DNA of 64,000 bases from Pseudomonadota bacterium (GTDB lineage Bacteria; Pseudomonadota; Gammaproteobacteria; Eutrophobiales; Eutrophobiaceae). The position numbers were made by a program, and so were the translations under genes. The notes under the pieces are model-generated. The model did no database searches, was not told the DNA's origin, and saw nothing but the letters and a program-made list of their open reading frames with translations. The stretch spans positions 581,243 through 645,242 of the forward strand of contig JABFGI010000001.1 in the NCBI GenBank assembly GCA_013112535.1. The letters are read 5' to 3'. This document shows positions 48,223 through 61,086 of this stretch, in pieces. Each line of letters begins with the position of its first letter. Position 1 is the stretch's first letter.

Positions 48223-49533
48223 CTATTTAGCTTTTCTTGCTTCTTTGTCCATATTACGCAACATCGCGAGCTTTTCAGCAATTTTTATTTCCAGCCCCCT
48301 GTTTACAGGATGGTAATATTCTCTATCACCCATGTCATCGGGAAAATAATGCTCTCCCGCCGCATAAGCATCATCTTCATTATGGGCATAACGATAATCT
48401 TTACCGTAATCAAGCGACTTCATTAATTTAGTTGGAGCATTACGTAAATGTAATGGGACTTCCAATGACCCCGACTGTTTAGCATCCTGCATTGCTGTAT
48501 TAAAAGCAGAATAAACAGCATTACTCTTGGCTGCGCAGGCAAGATAAACAATAGCTTGTGCAATTGCCAGTTCACCTTCGGGTGAGCCTAAACGTTCCTG
48601 TGTTTCCCACGCATCAAGAGCTAATCTCAAGCCTCTTGGATCAGCATTACCAATGTCTTCAGATGCCATGCGTACGACACGACGCGCAACATAAAACGGA
48701 TCTACACCACCATCAATCATTCGGACAAACCAGTATAATGCAGCATCAGGATTTGATCCCCTGACTGACTTATGAAGTGCGGAAATTTGATCATAAAATG
48801 CTTCGCCACCTTTATCGAAACGTCTTAACGAGCCATCAACTAATACTTCATTTAATAAACTTTCAGTAATAATTCCGTCTTCGGCTAAATCAGAAGCAAT
48901 TTCAAATAGATTCAATGCACGACGTGCATCACCATCGGCGACGTCAGATAGTTTTTTTAATGCATCATCTTCCAGTTTTAATTTCTGTTTACCCAATCCA
49001 TTTACATCATCGTCCAATGCCTGCTGTAAAATCACTTTGATATCTTCAGACTTAAGTGATTTTAAAACATAAACTCTGACACGTGATAACAACGCATTAT
49101 TTAATTCAAAAGACGGATTTTCTGTCGTCGCACCGATAAAGGTAATGGTTCCATCTTCAACAAACGGCAAAAAAGCATCTTGTTGCGATTTATTAAAACG
49201 ATGTACTTCGTCAACAAACAAGACCGTATCTTTGTTGTAAACAGCACGATATTGTTTCGCTTGCTCAATCGCCGCACGTATATCTTTAACGCCGCTCAAA
49301 ACAGCAGAAACAGATAAAAACTGGGCATCGCATGATTTAGTAATCAATCTGGCCAGAGTTGTTTTTCCTGTACCCGGAGGCCCCCAAAAGACCATTGAGT
49401 GTAACCTGCCCTGCTCTATTGCAAGTCTTAAAGGTTTTTCATTACCAAGTATATGTTCCTGACCGATATAGGCATCGATCGTCGCCGGACGCATACGATC
49501 AGCTAATGGACGAAATTCTTCAATGTCAGACAT
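48223..49533 (-). CDS. rarA: Replication-associated recombination protein A (AAA+ ATPase RarA/MgsA)
   Basis: Walker [10 protein letters not shown], Walker [13 protein letters not shown]-terminal MgsA domain; 436 aa. Confidence 0.9.
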   Translation of the reverse strand: MSDIEEFRPLADRMRPATIDAYIGQEHILGNEKPLRLAIEQGRLHSMVFWGPPGTGKTTLARLITKSCDAQFLSVSAVLSGVKDIRAAIEQAKQYRAVYNKDTVLFVDEVHRFNKSQQDAFLPFVEDGTITFIGATTENPSFELNNALLSRVRVYVLKSLKSEDIKVILQQALDDDVNGLGKQKLKLEDDALKKLSDVADGDARRALNLFEIASDLAEDGIITESLLNEVLVDGSLRRFDKGGEAFYDQISALHKSVRGSNPDAALYWFVRMIDGGVDPFYVARRVVRMASEDIGNADPRGLRLALDAWETQERLGSPEGELAIAQAIVYLACAAKSNAVYSAFNTAMQDAKQSGSLEVPLHLRNAPTKLMKSLDYGKDYRYAHNEDDAYAAGEHYFPDDMGDREYYHPVNRGLEIKIAEKLAMLRNMDKEARKAK

Positions 49534-49551
49534 TAGTGCGTAAAAGAAAAC

Positions 49552-50241
49552 TCAAGGATTGTTTTCTGTTTGAGATGCAATTTCCCTTTCATCAATCACA
49601 TCGATACCTTCAGGAATTTCAAATTCAAATAGTGATGCTGAAAACTTCGCATTTTTTTTCACATCAAAAAAATCAATCCGTGTTGTTTGTCCCAGATTAT
49701 CAATAATAATCATCATACCTAATTTATTTTTTTCAAAACCCAGGCGAATATTCTGGTATTGAGCTTCCAGGTTCCTTGGCGTTAACTCTATCCAGTCATA
49801 CCCTTCTATCATGCCCATGTTTACCTGGACAAAATGCTCTGAAATATTATTGTTCCCGAGAATAATACCAGCAGGTGTTTCATCAATTGCATTACCCATT
49901 TCTCTAATCGTGAGTTGCTCTAAATCTTCATCAAATACCCAAAGCACATCACCATTGGAAATTATTTTTTGCGTATAAGGAACTTCATATGACCAATGAA
50001 ACTTGCCTGGTTGTTGTAAACGAAGAACACCTTCTGTTCTTTCCAACTCTTCACTATTTTCGTTGATTAATTTTTGCACAAAGTTTGCTTCAAGAGATTT
50101 AAAATCAACAAGAAAATCTTGCAGGGGATCAGCAGATACGTTGAACGTTAAAAGTGAAGCTTGAAACGCCAATATTGAACAAACTAATATTTTTTTGCAG
50201 GTATTCATTAGAATTACTTTTCTCATATATGTTTTTATCAC
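49552..50241 (-). CDS. lolA: Outer-membrane lipoprotein carrier LolA; probable true start at MNTCKKIL (50208)
   Basis: Signal peptide plus LolA fold pattern; conserved ftsK-lolA-rarA synteny. Confidence 0.75.
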   Translation of the reverse strand: MIKTYMRKVILMNTCKKILVCSILAFQASLLTFNVSADPLQDFLVDFKSLEANFVQKLINENSEELERTEGVLRLQQPGKFHWSYEVPYTQKIISNGDVLWVFDEDLEQLTIREMGNAIDETPAGIILGNNNISEHFVQVNMGMIEGYDWIELTPRNLEAQYQNIRLGFEKNKLGMMIIIDNLGQTTRIDFFDVKKNAKFSASLFEFEIPEGIDVIDEREIASQTENNP

Positions 50242-50266
50242 GCTTCACATTTTTACGCTTCAGATA

Positions 50267-52588
50267 TTAATCCATCGGCGGCGGTGGCCCGGCTAATACC
50301 TCGCGACTTCCATTTGACTCTAAAGGTCCAACCAGTCCACTGCGTTCCATTTCTTCAACAATTCTGGCTGCCCGGTTATACCCCACTCTTAATCTTCTCT
50401 GTATATACGAAATAGAAGCCTTGCGAGTTTCAGTCACAATTTGTACTGCTTCATCATAAAGCGGATCCATATCATCCTGAGGTGCATCAATACCGGGGAT
50501 AGCATCGGCTCCACCTTCAGCGGGGCCACTTAAAATTTCATCAAGGTATTCCGGTTCTCCACGTGATTTTAAATCCGCAACAACTTTATGCACTTCATTA
50601 TCTGAGACAAACGCACCGTGAACTCGTTCAGGAATACTTTGACCACCCGGTAGATATAACATATCACCATGACCCAGTAATTGTTCTGCACCCATTTGAT
50701 CCAGTATGGTTCGTGAATCAATTTTTGAGGAAACCTGAAATGCAATTCGACTAGGAACATTCGCTTTAATTAAACCGGTAATCACATCAACAGAAGGTCT
50801 TTGTGTTGCCAATACCAGGTGCACCCCTGCCGCTCTGGCTTTTTGCGCCAATCGTGCGATTAACTCTTCTACCTTCTTTCCTACTGTCATCATCATATCG
50901 GCCAGTTCATCAATAATGACAACGATAAAAGGAAGTTTATTTAAATAACGTGGTTCATCATCTTCGCCAAATGGAACGTAAAATGGATCAACGATAGGAT
51001 TTCCTTTTGCTTTTGCATCCATTACCTTCTTATTGTAGCCGGTAATATTTCTAACCCCCAGGGCCGACATTAATTTATAACGTTTTTCCATTTCAGCTAC
51101 ACACCAACGTAATGCGTTAGCGGCTTCTTTCATATCAGTTACAACTGGTGCCAATAAATTCGGAATACCTTCATAAACAGATAACTCAAGCATTTTTGGA
51201 TCAATCATGATCATGCGCACGTCTGTTGCTGTAGATTTATAAAGCAAACTTAAAATCATTGCATTTAGTGCGACTGATTTACCTGATCCGGTTGTCCCAG
51301 CCACTAATAAATGCGGCATCTTACCCAGGTCTGCAACAATCGGATGACCACTTATGTCTTTACCCAGGGCAATTGCCATAGGCGACTTAATCATTTCGTA
51401 TTCCGCCGTGTTTATAATTTCAATCAGGCTAACAAGTTCACGGTTCTCATTTGGAATTTCCAAACCGATATAAGGCTTACCTGGAATCACATCGACCACA
51501 CGAACACTAATTACCGATAAAGAACGCGCCAGATCTTTAGACAAATTTATTATTCGACTTCCTTTAACACCAGGAGCCGGATCCAGTTCAAAACGTGTAA
51601 TAACCGGTCCGGGATGAACCGCTACAACTTCAACCGATACTCCAAAATCTTTAAGTTTTATTTCTACCTGGCGCGAAATTGCTTCCAGCGCTTCTTTTGA
51701 ATACTGGTATTTAGCGGGGACAGGATCATCCAGTAAGCTTAAGGCCGGCAATGCTGTTTCTATATCAGGCTCGAACAGGTTTTCCTGCTTTTCTTTTATC
51801 GCCCTGACACTAGGTTTAACTTCAGGAACGGCTTCCTGAATTTTTGGTGGAATTCGTTGCTCGACAATTTCCTGTTCCTGTTTTAATAAATGTTCTCTAT
51901 CTTTTTTAGCTTTGCGTCCTTCAGCTTCATCTTTTAATGAAGATGTTCTGTTACGGATATTAGTTATTGAGTTCAGCGTAAATTCACCAATGGTATCCAT
52001 TAACCAAAGCCAAGATAATCCGGTATAGAGTGTTAAACCGATTAGCAGCATGGACAGCATCAACAGTGTACTGCCGATATCACCTGTCGCATCAAGTAAA
52101 AGTGAACCAACAGCGTCACCCAATATCCCCCCCGCACCACTACCACCAGCACCACGGACTTCATGTGGTAAGGCACTTCCGGCATAAAAATGCATCCAGG
52201 CAATGCCACAACCACCAATTAATCCAAGCAGTATACCGACACCGCGAACAGTAAAGATTACCTGGTTAAAAGGCTCTTTCTTGCGACGTAATTGAAACCA
52301 ACGCCAGCCACTGGCCAGAAACATCAGCGGAATGAGATAACCAAAATAGCCAAAAACGTAGAGCATAATATCGGCAATCCAGGCCCCGATTGTGCCTGCA
52401 CTATTATGAACTTCAGTCACAGTTACAGAGTGCGACCAGCCTGGATCGTCCGGATGATAGGTAATTAGTGCGATGAATAAATAAATAGCCACCATCAAGG
52501 ATGCAAACACCAATACTTCTCTGAGATTGGTAATTACATGCCCGGTTATAGGTTTACTCTCTTTTTGTTTACGGGAAGCTTGACTCAC
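50267..52588 (-). CDS. ftsK: DNA translocase FtsK
   Basis: N-terminal 4-TM, linker, motor with Walker A GTTGSGKS, gamma domain; 773 aa. Confidence 0.9.
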   Translation of the reverse strand: MSQASRKQKESKPITGHVITNLREVLVFASLMVAIYLFIALITYHPDDPGWSHSVTVTEVHNSAGTIGAWIADIMLYVFGYFGYLIPLMFLASGWRWFQLRRKKEPFNQVIFTVRGVGILLGLIGGCGIAWMHFYAGSALPHEVRGAGGSGAGGILGDAVGSLLLDATGDIGSTLLMLSMLLIGLTLYTGLSWLWLMDTIGEFTLNSITNIRNRTSSLKDEAEGRKAKKDREHLLKQEQEIVEQRIPPKIQEAVPEVKPSVRAIKEKQENLFEPDIETALPALSLLDDPVPAKYQYSKEALEAISRQVEIKLKDFGVSVEVVAVHPGPVITRFELDPAPGVKGSRIINLSKDLARSLSVISVRVVDVIPGKPYIGLEIPNENRELVSLIEIINTAEYEMIKSPMAIALGKDISGHPIVADLGKMPHLLVAGTTGSGKSVALNAMILSLLYKSTATDVRMIMIDPKMLELSVYEGIPNLLAPVVTDMKEAANALRWCVAEMEKRYKLMSALGVRNITGYNKKVMDAKAKGNPIVDPFYVPFGEDDEPRYLNKLPFIVVIIDELADMMMTVGKKVEELIARLAQKARAAGVHLVLATQRPSVDVITGLIKANVPSRIAFQVSSKIDSRTILDQMGAEQLLGHGDMLYLPGGQSIPERVHGAFVSDNEVHKVVADLKSRGEPEYLDEILSGPAEGGADAIPGIDAPQDDMDPLYDEAVQIVTETRKASISYIQRRLRVGYNRAARIVEEMERSGLVGPLESNGSREVLAGPPPPMD

Positions 52589-52762
52589 ATTAAATCTTTT
52601 TATTAGAAAATATCGGTAATTATATGTTTATAAAGGAAGTATTAAAACAGTAAATCAGCAATATTTCAGTTTTTTTACTCACTGAAGGCCTTTGCTGATC
52701 ATACTTGTTTAACGTACCATAGCCCAATTTTTACGATAAATAATATTCAATTGAGGTAATGA

Positions 52763-53716
<954 letters not shown>

Positions 53717-53718
53717 AA

Positions 53719-54711
53719 ATGAAAGCGATTCAACTTTCAGAATATGGGGGTTTTGAATTACTCAACCTTACTGAGATAAAAACCCCTGAAATAAAAAAAC
53801 CGAACCACATAAAAGTCAGGTTAAAAGCCGCCGGAATAAATCCTGTCGATACAAAAATACGTTCGGGCGCTTACCCTATCGTGACTTTCCCGGCTGTGCT
53901 CGGTTGTGATGGCGCAGGTATTATTGAATCTTGTGGCACAGATGTCACAAAATTCAAGCAAGGCGACGAAGTTTATTTTTTTAGTGGCGGCCTTGCTTCT
54001 GTACAAGGCAATTACGCAGAATACAAAGTGCTTAATCAACGTTTCGCAGCGCATAAAGCAAAATCACAAAGTTTTATCGAAGCCGCTGCCTCACCTCTGG
54101 TTTTACTAACTGCTTGGGAAGCCTTGTTCGAACGTGCTCATCTTGCAAAAGGCCAAACAGTTTTTATTAATGCTGGTGCCGGTGGCGTTGGTCATGTTGC
54201 AATACAACTTGCAAAATATATCGGCGCAAAAGTATGCACCACTGTTAGCAGTAAAGAAAAAGCTGACTTCGTAAAAAGCCTTGGTGCTGACCTTATCATT
54301 AACTATAAAGAAGAAGACGTTGAACAGGCCGTTATGCAATGGACTGAAGGTAAAGGCGTTGATGTTGTTCTGGATAATATTGGCGGTCCAGAAATACAGA
54401 AGCTTTTCCCTCTTGTAAGATACTACGGTGAATTAGTGACCCTTTTACTGCCCGACAATAATATTGACTGGTCTGTTGCTCGTTTCAGAAATATTCGTTT
54501 TAGTTTTGAAGTAATGTTGTCACCCATGTTATTCGATTTAAAAGAAGCACAAAATTATCAAACAGAAATACTTGAACAATGCGCCATATTAATTGATGAA
54601 GATAAATTAAAAGTGCACGTTAGCGAAGTATTGTCATTAGAAGAAGCAGCGATAGCACACCAACATATTGAACAAGGTCATACCGTTGGTAAAATCGTTC
54701 TTGAAATATAG
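53719..54711 (+). CDS. Zinc-binding alcohol dehydrogenase/quinone oxidoreductase (MDR superfamily)
   Basis: GroES-like N-domain and Rossmann GAGGVGHVAIQLAK; 330 aa. Confidence 0.75.
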   Translation: MKAIQLSEYGGFELLNLTEIKTPEIKKPNHIKVRLKAAGINPVDTKIRSGAYPIVTFPAVLGCDGAGIIESCGTDVTKFKQGDEVYFFSGGLASVQGNYAEYKVLNQRFAAHKAKSQSFIEAAASPLVLLTAWEALFERAHLAKGQTVFINAGAGGVGHVAIQLAKYIGAKVCTTVSSKEKADFVKSLGADLIINYKEEDVEQAVMQWTEGKGVDVVLDNIGGPEIQKLFPLVRYYGELVTLLLPDNNIDWSVARFRNIRFSFEVMLSPMLFDLKEAQNYQTEILEQCAILIDEDKLKVHVSEVLSLEEAAIAHQHIEQGHTVGKIVLEI

Positions 54712-54913
54712 ATTGGCTGTCAAAACACAAAGAAATCATTTGGTTTGTAGTGTTTTATAACAATTAAATGCATGGTGGACATCGATTAAAAAAAAATTCT
54801 GTTTTAATTCCATTACAAATACACGTAGTTTTTTGATTAACATCAATTTGACCCTTTGTTCAATTGACTAAAAAATGAACTAAATTGAATTAATTTGTAC
54901 TATAATTACGGCT

Positions 54914-55351
54914 ATGTTGATGCATCTAAAAAATAAACAGCGAAAAATCGCGTCTATAACCTTATCCTTTTTTATGGGAAGTTGGTTGTTATTATTGTGT
55001 CAAACTTGTTTCGCAACTAATGATAATATTAAAAGTCATCACGAATCATCAGATGAAACCCCCGTTTCTTGTCATATACCTGAAAATATTGCATTAGAAG
55101 AGATAAATATCATAGATGATGATCGCTGTTTGGGTGTTTGTGATTGTGATTGTGATGCAATGACCATAACATTCAGCTCAGACAAAAATTCTGAATTAAA
55201 AGAAAAGACAAAATATTCATCCGATTTATATAGTTATATCTCACTTGAAATAATTATTTCTACGCGGGCTCCTCCAGGTTACCGGATCTTTACAATTCCC
55301 GAACGAGCAATATTCCTTCCTCTTCAAACCTATAACGTTCTTCTGATTTAA
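54914..55351 (+). CDS. Small secreted Cys-rich protein upstream of the metal-efflux operon (possible metal-binding or CzcI-like accessory protein)
   Basis: Signal peptide, CLGVCDCDCD cluster, His-rich SHHESS; 145 aa; function unassigned. Confidence 0.3.
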   Translation: MLMHLKNKQRKIASITLSFFMGSWLLLLCQTCFATNDNIKSHHESSDETPVSCHIPENIALEEINIIDDDRCLGVCDCDCDAMTITFSSDKNSELKEKTKYSSDLYSYISLEIIISTRAPPGYRIFTIPERAIFLPLQTYNVLLI

Positions 55352-55424
55352 ACACACTGCTACCTTGTTTTCGTTAATTGATTGCGAGATCAATTGTCGT
55401 TTTTATTTGTGTTAGAGGTGTGTT

Positions 55425-56687
55425 ATGTGTATTCATAAAAGTTATAAAGTTTTAATTGCTTATTTACTCGTAGGCTTGTCAATCAATTCATTTTCAAATG
55501 AGTTAACTTTGTCCGAAGCAGAACAACTTGCGTTAGATGCCGACTTTGTTGTTAAACAATACAACACAAAAGCAGAAAGCCTGAATCAAATTGCTATAGC
55601 CGCAGAGCAGTTACCTGATCCCAAAGCCAGGTTTGGCGTCATGAATATTCCTGTTAACAGTTTTGATCGTTCTCAGGAACCCATGACGCAACTTCAGTTT
55701 GGTGTTCAACAGGCGTTCCCAAGAGGCGATACACTACATTACAAACGACTTCGAACAGAGGATATGGCTGATGTTGATAAAGCAAAGGCATTAGAACAGG
55801 AAAAGAAAGTATTGCGTTCATTGCGTAATAGTTATCTGGATTTGTTCCTCAATGTAAAAACGGAAGCAATTCTCCAGCAAAATCGTACTTTATTTACACA
55901 ATTACTGGATATAACTCAGCGTCAGTATGCCGTCGGCAGAGATAATCAACATGATGTGCTACGTGCTCAACTTGAGTTGGCTTTGATAGACGATCGTGTT
56001 GCTGAAATTGTTGGTGCAAAAGAAATTTCATTGGCCGAATTATCCAAATGGATAGGTAATGACTCTGCACAAAGACCACTGCCTGAAACATTTCCGGAAT
56101 TATCATCGTTTACAAATGAGAAAGAAATAATTACAAATTTAAACTTTCATCCGATGATCAGGATGGAAGACGCTGTGATTAATGCTAATGAAAAAAACAT
56201 CAAGATAGCCGAGGAGCAATATAAGCCCGGCTGGATGATCGATCTTAGTTATGGACAACGTTCCGGAAGTAATCTGGATGGTAGTAGCAGGGATGATTTT
56301 GCTTCTGCCATGGTCATGGTTGATTTACCTTTTTTTACCGACAAAAGACAAGACAAACAATTGTCTGCCAGGAAACTTGAGCATCAGGCGTCTCAATTTG
56401 CTCGCACCGATCGTTTATTGGAACTTAAACGACAAGTTGAGAAGGAACATGCAAACTGGGTGCGTTTAGGTAAACGGCTTGAATTATATGAAACACGAGC
56501 TGTTGTTGATGCCGAGCAAAATTCAGAATCCACATTAAAAGCGTATCAAAATGATCTAACCGATTTTACAACGTTGATGCGTGCCCGATTAACTGAGTTA
56601 AATACGCAATTAGATATGTTGAAAATTCGTATTGATCGTGCCAAGTCACAAGCCAACTTATTGTATTACACAAGAGAAACGCTATGA
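55425..56687 (+). CDS. Outer-membrane efflux protein (TolC/OMF family; CusC/CzcC-type)
   Basis: 420 aa OMF pattern; stop overlaps the start of the MFP gene (ATGA). Confidence 0.8.
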   Translation: MCIHKSYKVLIAYLLVGLSINSFSNELTLSEAEQLALDADFVVKQYNTKAESLNQIAIAAEQLPDPKARFGVMNIPVNSFDRSQEPMTQLQFGVQQAFPRGDTLHYKRLRTEDMADVDKAKALEQEKKVLRSLRNSYLDLFLNVKTEAILQQNRTLFTQLLDITQRQYAVGRDNQHDVLRAQLELALIDDRVAEIVGAKEISLAELSKWIGNDSAQRPLPETFPELSSFTNEKEIITNLNFHPMIRMEDAVINANEKNIKIAEEQYKPGWMIDLSYGQRSGSNLDGSSRDDFASAMVMVDLPFFTDKRQDKQLSARKLEHQASQFARTDRLLELKRQVEKEHANWVRLGKRLELYETRAVVDAEQNSESTLKAYQNDLTDFTTLMRARLTELNTQLDMLKIRIDRAKSQANLLYYTRETL

Positions 56688-57991
56688 AAAAAATAATTCT
56701 AATATTTATTTTACTAATCATTGGGCTTTCAGTTGGTGTCTTATTTGAAAAGAACTTCGACATCTCGCAATTAGTGCAAAAGTCGGATTCAGGCATGAAC
56801 TCGAAAGAATATGCTGACCATTCAAATTCTGACAGAAAAGAGAAAAAAGTTATGTATTGGGTTGCACCAATGAACCCGGGTTATCGTCGAAATAAACCTG
56901 GCAAGTCTCCAATGGGCATGGATCTAATCCCTGTATATGAAGGTAATGAAAAGAACATGTTTGAGGAAAGTTCTATTGTAAAGATAAGTCCAGAAGTTAT
57001 TAATAATCTCGGTGTACGGACGACCAAGGTAGAACGCGGGCCATTATGGAAAAGGATTGGCACAGTGGGTTATATAGATTATGACGAAACACGAATCACT
57101 CATATACATACAAGAACAGAAGGTTGGATAGAAAAGCTACAAGTTCGTGCTGAAGGGGAACAAGTTAATAAGGGTCAGCTTTTATTCGAGCTTTACTCGC
57201 CACCATTGGTAAATGCACAGGAAGAATACTTACAAGCATTAGCGAGTGGCAACCGGTTATTGGCTGAAGCATCGAAAGAAAAACTTTCTGCATTAGGTAT
57301 TTCAAAATCACAGATTGACAGATTAGAAAAAGATAAAAAAGTAACTCAGAACATTCGTTTTTATGCGCTTCAATCAGGCGTGTTAATCAATCTCGGTGTA
57401 CGCGAAGGGATGTATATCAAACCGGAAACACAGGTTTTAAGTATTGCCAATCTTGATACCATTTGGTTATTGGCTGAAGTATTTGAACGACAAGCAAACT
57501 GGGTTGAGGCGGGTCAAAGTGCTGACGCTACATTACCTTCAATGCCGGGTACTATCTGGAAAGGAACTGTCGAATATATTTATCCCGATCTTGATCCTGT
57601 TACACGAACTCTACGCGTTCGATTGCGTTTTGATAATTCGAAAGAAAAATTAAAACCCAATATGTATTCACATGTCACTATATTTGCTGGAGAAAAAAAA
57701 GATATCATAAGCATTCCACGTGAAGCCTTGATACGGGATTCCAGTCAACAACGGGTCATTAAAGCGCTTGGTAATGGTCGTTTTAAAGCACAGGAAGTTG
57801 TTGCTGGCATGGAGAGTGGAGATCGAGTAGAAATTATTTCGGGATTAAACGAAGGTGATGATATTGTTATTTCTTCACAGTTTCTGATTGATTCTGAGTC
57901 AAACCTCAAAGCAAGTCTTAATCGTATGCAATCTGTTGATGAATCTATGAAGACTCATCAAATGGATCACTCTGAAGTGAGAGAGGAATAA
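56684..57991 (+). CDS. Heavy-metal efflux RND periplasmic adaptor (CusB/CzcB family)
   Basis: N-terminal Met-rich metal-binding segment YWVAPMNPGYRRNKPGKSPMGMDLIPVY (CusB-like) plus MFP barrel-sandwich and beta-barrel domains. Confidence 0.8.
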   Translation: MKKIILIFILLIIGLSVGVLFEKNFDISQLVQKSDSGMNSKEYADHSNSDRKEKKVMYWVAPMNPGYRRNKPGKSPMGMDLIPVYEGNEKNMFEESSIVKISPEVINNLGVRTTKVERGPLWKRIGTVGYIDYDETRITHIHTRTEGWIEKLQVRAEGEQVNKGQLLFELYSPPLVNAQEEYLQALASGNRLLAEASKEKLSALGISKSQIDRLEKDKKVTQNIRFYALQSGVLINLGVREGMYIKPETQVLSIANLDTIWLLAEVFERQANWVEAGQSADATLPSMPGTIWKGTVEYIYPDLDPVTRTLRVRLRFDNSKEKLKPNMYSHVTIFAGEKKDIISIPREALIRDSSQQRVIKALGNGRFKAQEVVAGMESGDRVEIISGLNEGDDIVISSQFLIDSESNLKASLNRMQSVDESMKTHQMDHSEVREE

Positions 57992-57992
57992 C

Positions 57993-60900
57993 ATGATTAA
58001 GCAAATCATAAAATGGTCAATTAATAATCGATTCCTGATTATTTTAGTCACCGTTATCGTCATGATAAGTGGCGTGTATATTATCAAGCAGACACCGGTA
58101 GATGCGATACCGGATCTTTCAGATGTGCAAGTCATCATAAAAACACCTTTCCCCGGGCAAGCACCACAGGTAGTGGAAGATCAAATAACCTACCCTCTAA
58201 CAACAGCAATGTTATCTGTTCCTTACGCGGTTACAGTCAGAGGTTATTCATTTTTTGGCGACTCTTATGTTTATGTCATTTTTGAAGAAGGCACGGATCT
58301 TTATTGGGCACGATCTCGAGTACTTGAATATTTAAGTCAGGTGACAAGTAGATTACCTCCAGGAGCAAAACCTGAACTTGGACCAGATGCCACCGGGGTT
58401 GGCTGGATTTATGAATATGCATTGGTTGATCGGAAAGGTAATCACGACTTGTCACAACTACGTTCGCTGCAAGACTGGTTTCTTAAGTATGAGTTACAAA
58501 CTGTTCCGGGGGTTGCTGAAGTCGCTACCATTGGTGGGATGGTTAAACAATACCAGGTGGTTGTCGATCCTGATCAATTACGTGCCTACGATATACCCAT
58601 ATCAAGAATTAGTAATGCCATAAAAAAAGCTAATCAAGAAGCAGGTGCTTCCGTTATTGAAATGGCAGAAGCCGAATATATGGTCAGGGTTACAGGTTAC
58701 ATTACCGGACTTGAACAATTGCGTAATACTCCGATAGGCGTCAATGTAAGAGGCACACCGATCTTGCTTAACGATGTCGCACAAGTACGAATTGGTCCTC
58801 AATTACGCCGTGGCATAGCTGAACTCAATGGTGAAGGGGAAGTTGTTGGTGGTGTTATTGTCATGCGCTGGGGTGACAATGCCAAAAAAGTAATTGATTT
58901 AGTAAAAGATAAATTAAAAGAATTAAAACAAGGCTTACCTGATGGTGTTGAAATCGTTGAAACCTATGATCGTTCCGGTTTAATAGAACGAGCGATTAAC
59001 ACTTTAAAAGAGGCATTACTGGAAGAACTGGTTCTGGTAACACTGGTTTGTTTCTTTTTTTTACTGCATCTACGATCTGCTTTGGTTGTTATTATCAGTC
59101 TTCCTCTCGGAATATTGATGGCGTTTATTATCATGAATATACAAGGCATCAATGCCAACATTATGTCTCTGGGGGGAATAGCTATTGCGATTGGTGTTAT
59201 GGTCGATGCTGCTATTGTTATGATTGATAATGTTCATAAACACATTGAACATAAAAATGTTAATACGGATCATTGGAAAGTAATTGCCGCAGCAACAACC
59301 GAAGTTGGACCACCATTGTTTTTCTCGTTACTGATAACCGGGCTGAGTGTATTACCCATCTTTACATTACAGGCACAGGAAGGCCGTATGTTTTCGCCAC
59401 TGGCCTTTACCTGGATTTATGCAATGATATCGGCAACCATTCTTGCAATTACCGTTATTCCTGTATTGCTTGGATGTTTTATAAAAGGTCGTATTACTTC
59501 CTCAGGGAAAAATATTATTTCTCGATTATTAATTTCTACATATAAACCAATTATAAGTATCGTGCTTCGCTTTCCAGTTGCGACAGTATTCATCGCGTTA
59601 ATTATTATGCTTGTCGGACTTTGGCCTTTCACAAAATTGGGTAGTGAATTTATGCCCGATTTGGATGAAGGTGATTTGATGTATATGCCAACAACATTAC
59701 CCTCTATCTCAATCGGTAAAGCACAACAAATATTACAGCAAACAGATAAATTAATTCGTACTGTTCCTGAAGTTGATACAGTATTTGGAAAAATTGGTCG
59801 TGCTGAAACTGCAACTGACCCAGCTCCCCTGACAATGATTGAGACACTGATTCGGTTTAAGCCACGCGATGAATGGCGCGAAGGAATGACGATGGAGAAG
59901 CTTAAAGTTGAATTAAACAGTGTGGTGGAATTACCTGGAATTACCAACGCATGGGTAATGCCAATCAAAACGCGTATCGATATGTTAGCCACAGGTATTA
60001 AAACACCCGTCGGTATTAAGATAGCAGGCAGCGATCTTAAAATGATTGAAAATATTGGCCTGCAGATTGAAAAAGTACTAAAAAATGTTCCCGGCACCGC
60101 ATCCGTCTATGCTGAACGTGTTGCAGGTGGACGATATCTTACAGTTGATATTGATAGAGTTAACGCCGCTCGGTTAGGACTTAACATCAATGATATCCAG
60201 AATATTGTACGTACAGCAGTGGGTGGAATGAATGTCGCCGAAACAGTAGAAGGTCTGGAACGTTATCCGATTAATATTCGTTATCCACGTGAGCTTCGTG
60301 ACTCACTGGAACAGTTGCGTTTGTTGCCCATTATTACGCCTGCAGGTGCAAGAATACCTTTGGGAGATGTTGCATCTATTAATGTAACAGATGGCCCGCC
60401 GATGATTAAAAGTGAAAATGCACGTATTAACGGCTGGATATATGTTGATACCAGGGATCGTGATCTGGGCAGTTATGTGAATGAAGCACGAGAACATGTT
60501 GTGAAGACTGTAGATTTACCTCCAGGTTACTCAATCAGTTGGTCAGGTCAATATGAGTACATGTTAAGAGCAATGGAACGTTTAAAAATAGTCGTGCCCA
60601 TTACTTTTTTTATTATATTTTTATTGCTCTATTTAAACTTTAAAAAGTTAGGAGATGTAGTATTAATCATAGGATTTCTGCCATTTGCTTTAGGCGGAGG
60701 CGCATGGTTTTTATATATATTAAATTACAATCTATCAGTAGCTGTAGGCGTTGGTTTTATTGCTCTGGCAGGGATTGCAGTTCAAGATAGTGTCCTGATG
60801 GTCGAGTTTCTTAATAAAGCCGTAGCACGATTAAAATCTTCAGAAAAAAGACTAACTGACCTTATCACTGAAGCAGCAAGTCAACGAATACGACCCATTA

Positions 60901-61085
60901 TAATGACAACCTGTTCTACTATTGTAGGACTGTTACCCATAATGTTTATAAATGGTTCAGGATCAGAAATTATGACTCGAGTTGCTGCACCAATGATTGG
61001 CGGAATGGTCAGTTCAACATTATTAACACTCATTGTTATTCCTGCAGTATTTTATGTCTGGAAACGACTGCCTTCGTCTAATTAA
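57993..61085 (+). CDS. Heavy-metal efflux RND pump, CusA/CzcA (HME-RND) family
   Basis: 1030 aa, 12-TM with two large periplasmic loops, HME-RND signature regions. Confidence 0.9.
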   Translation: MIKQIIKWSINNRFLIILVTVIVMISGVYIIKQTPVDAIPDLSDVQVIIKTPFPGQAPQVVEDQITYPLTTAMLSVPYAVTVRGYSFFGDSYVYVIFEEGTDLYWARSRVLEYLSQVTSRLPPGAKPELGPDATGVGWIYEYALVDRKGNHDLSQLRSLQDWFLKYELQTVPGVAEVATIGGMVKQYQVVVDPDQLRAYDIPISRISNAIKKANQEAGASVIEMAEAEYMVRVTGYITGLEQLRNTPIGVNVRGTPILLNDVAQVRIGPQLRRGIAELNGEGEVVGGVIVMRWGDNAKKVIDLVKDKLKELKQGLPDGVEIVETYDRSGLIERAINTLKEALLEELVLVTLVCFFFLLHLRSALVVIISLPLGILMAFIIMNIQGINANIMSLGGIAIAIGVMVDAAIVMIDNVHKHIEHKNVNTDHWKVIAAATTEVGPPLFFSLLITGLSVLPIFTLQAQEGRMFSPLAFTWIYAMISATILAITVIPVLLGCFIKGRITSSGKNIISRLLISTYKPIISIVLRFPVATVFIALIIMLVGLWPFTKLGSEFMPDLDEGDLMYMPTTLPSISIGKAQQILQQTDKLIRTVPEVDTVFGKIGRAETATDPAPLTMIETLIRFKPRDEWREGMTMEKLKVELNSVVELPGITNAWVMPIKTRIDMLATGIKTPVGIKIAGSDLKMIENIGLQIEKVLKNVPGTASVYAERVAGGRYLTVDIDRVNAARLGLNINDIQNIVRTAVGGMNVAETVEGLERYPINIRYPRELRDSLEQLRLLPIITPAGARIPLGDVASINVTDGPPMIKSENARINGWIYVDTRDRDLGSYVNEAREHVVKTVDLPPGYSISWSGQYEYMLRAMERLKIVVPITFFIIFLLLYLNFKKLGDVVLIIGFLPFALGGGAWFLYILNYNLSVAVGVGFIALAGIAVQDSVLMVEFLNKAVARLKSSEKRLTDLITEAASQRIRPIIMTTCSTIVGLLPIMFINGSGSEIMTRVAAPMIGGMVSSTLLTLIVIPAVFYVWKRLPSSN

Positions 61086-61086
61086 T

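Noticed and set aside
55425-56687. Outer-membrane factor as the missing TolC partner of the adhesin T1SS
   Set aside because: The gene is translationally coupled to a CusB/CzcB-type adaptor and an HME-RND pump 19 kb away from the T1SS genes. The T1SS outer-membrane component is presumably encoded outside this window.
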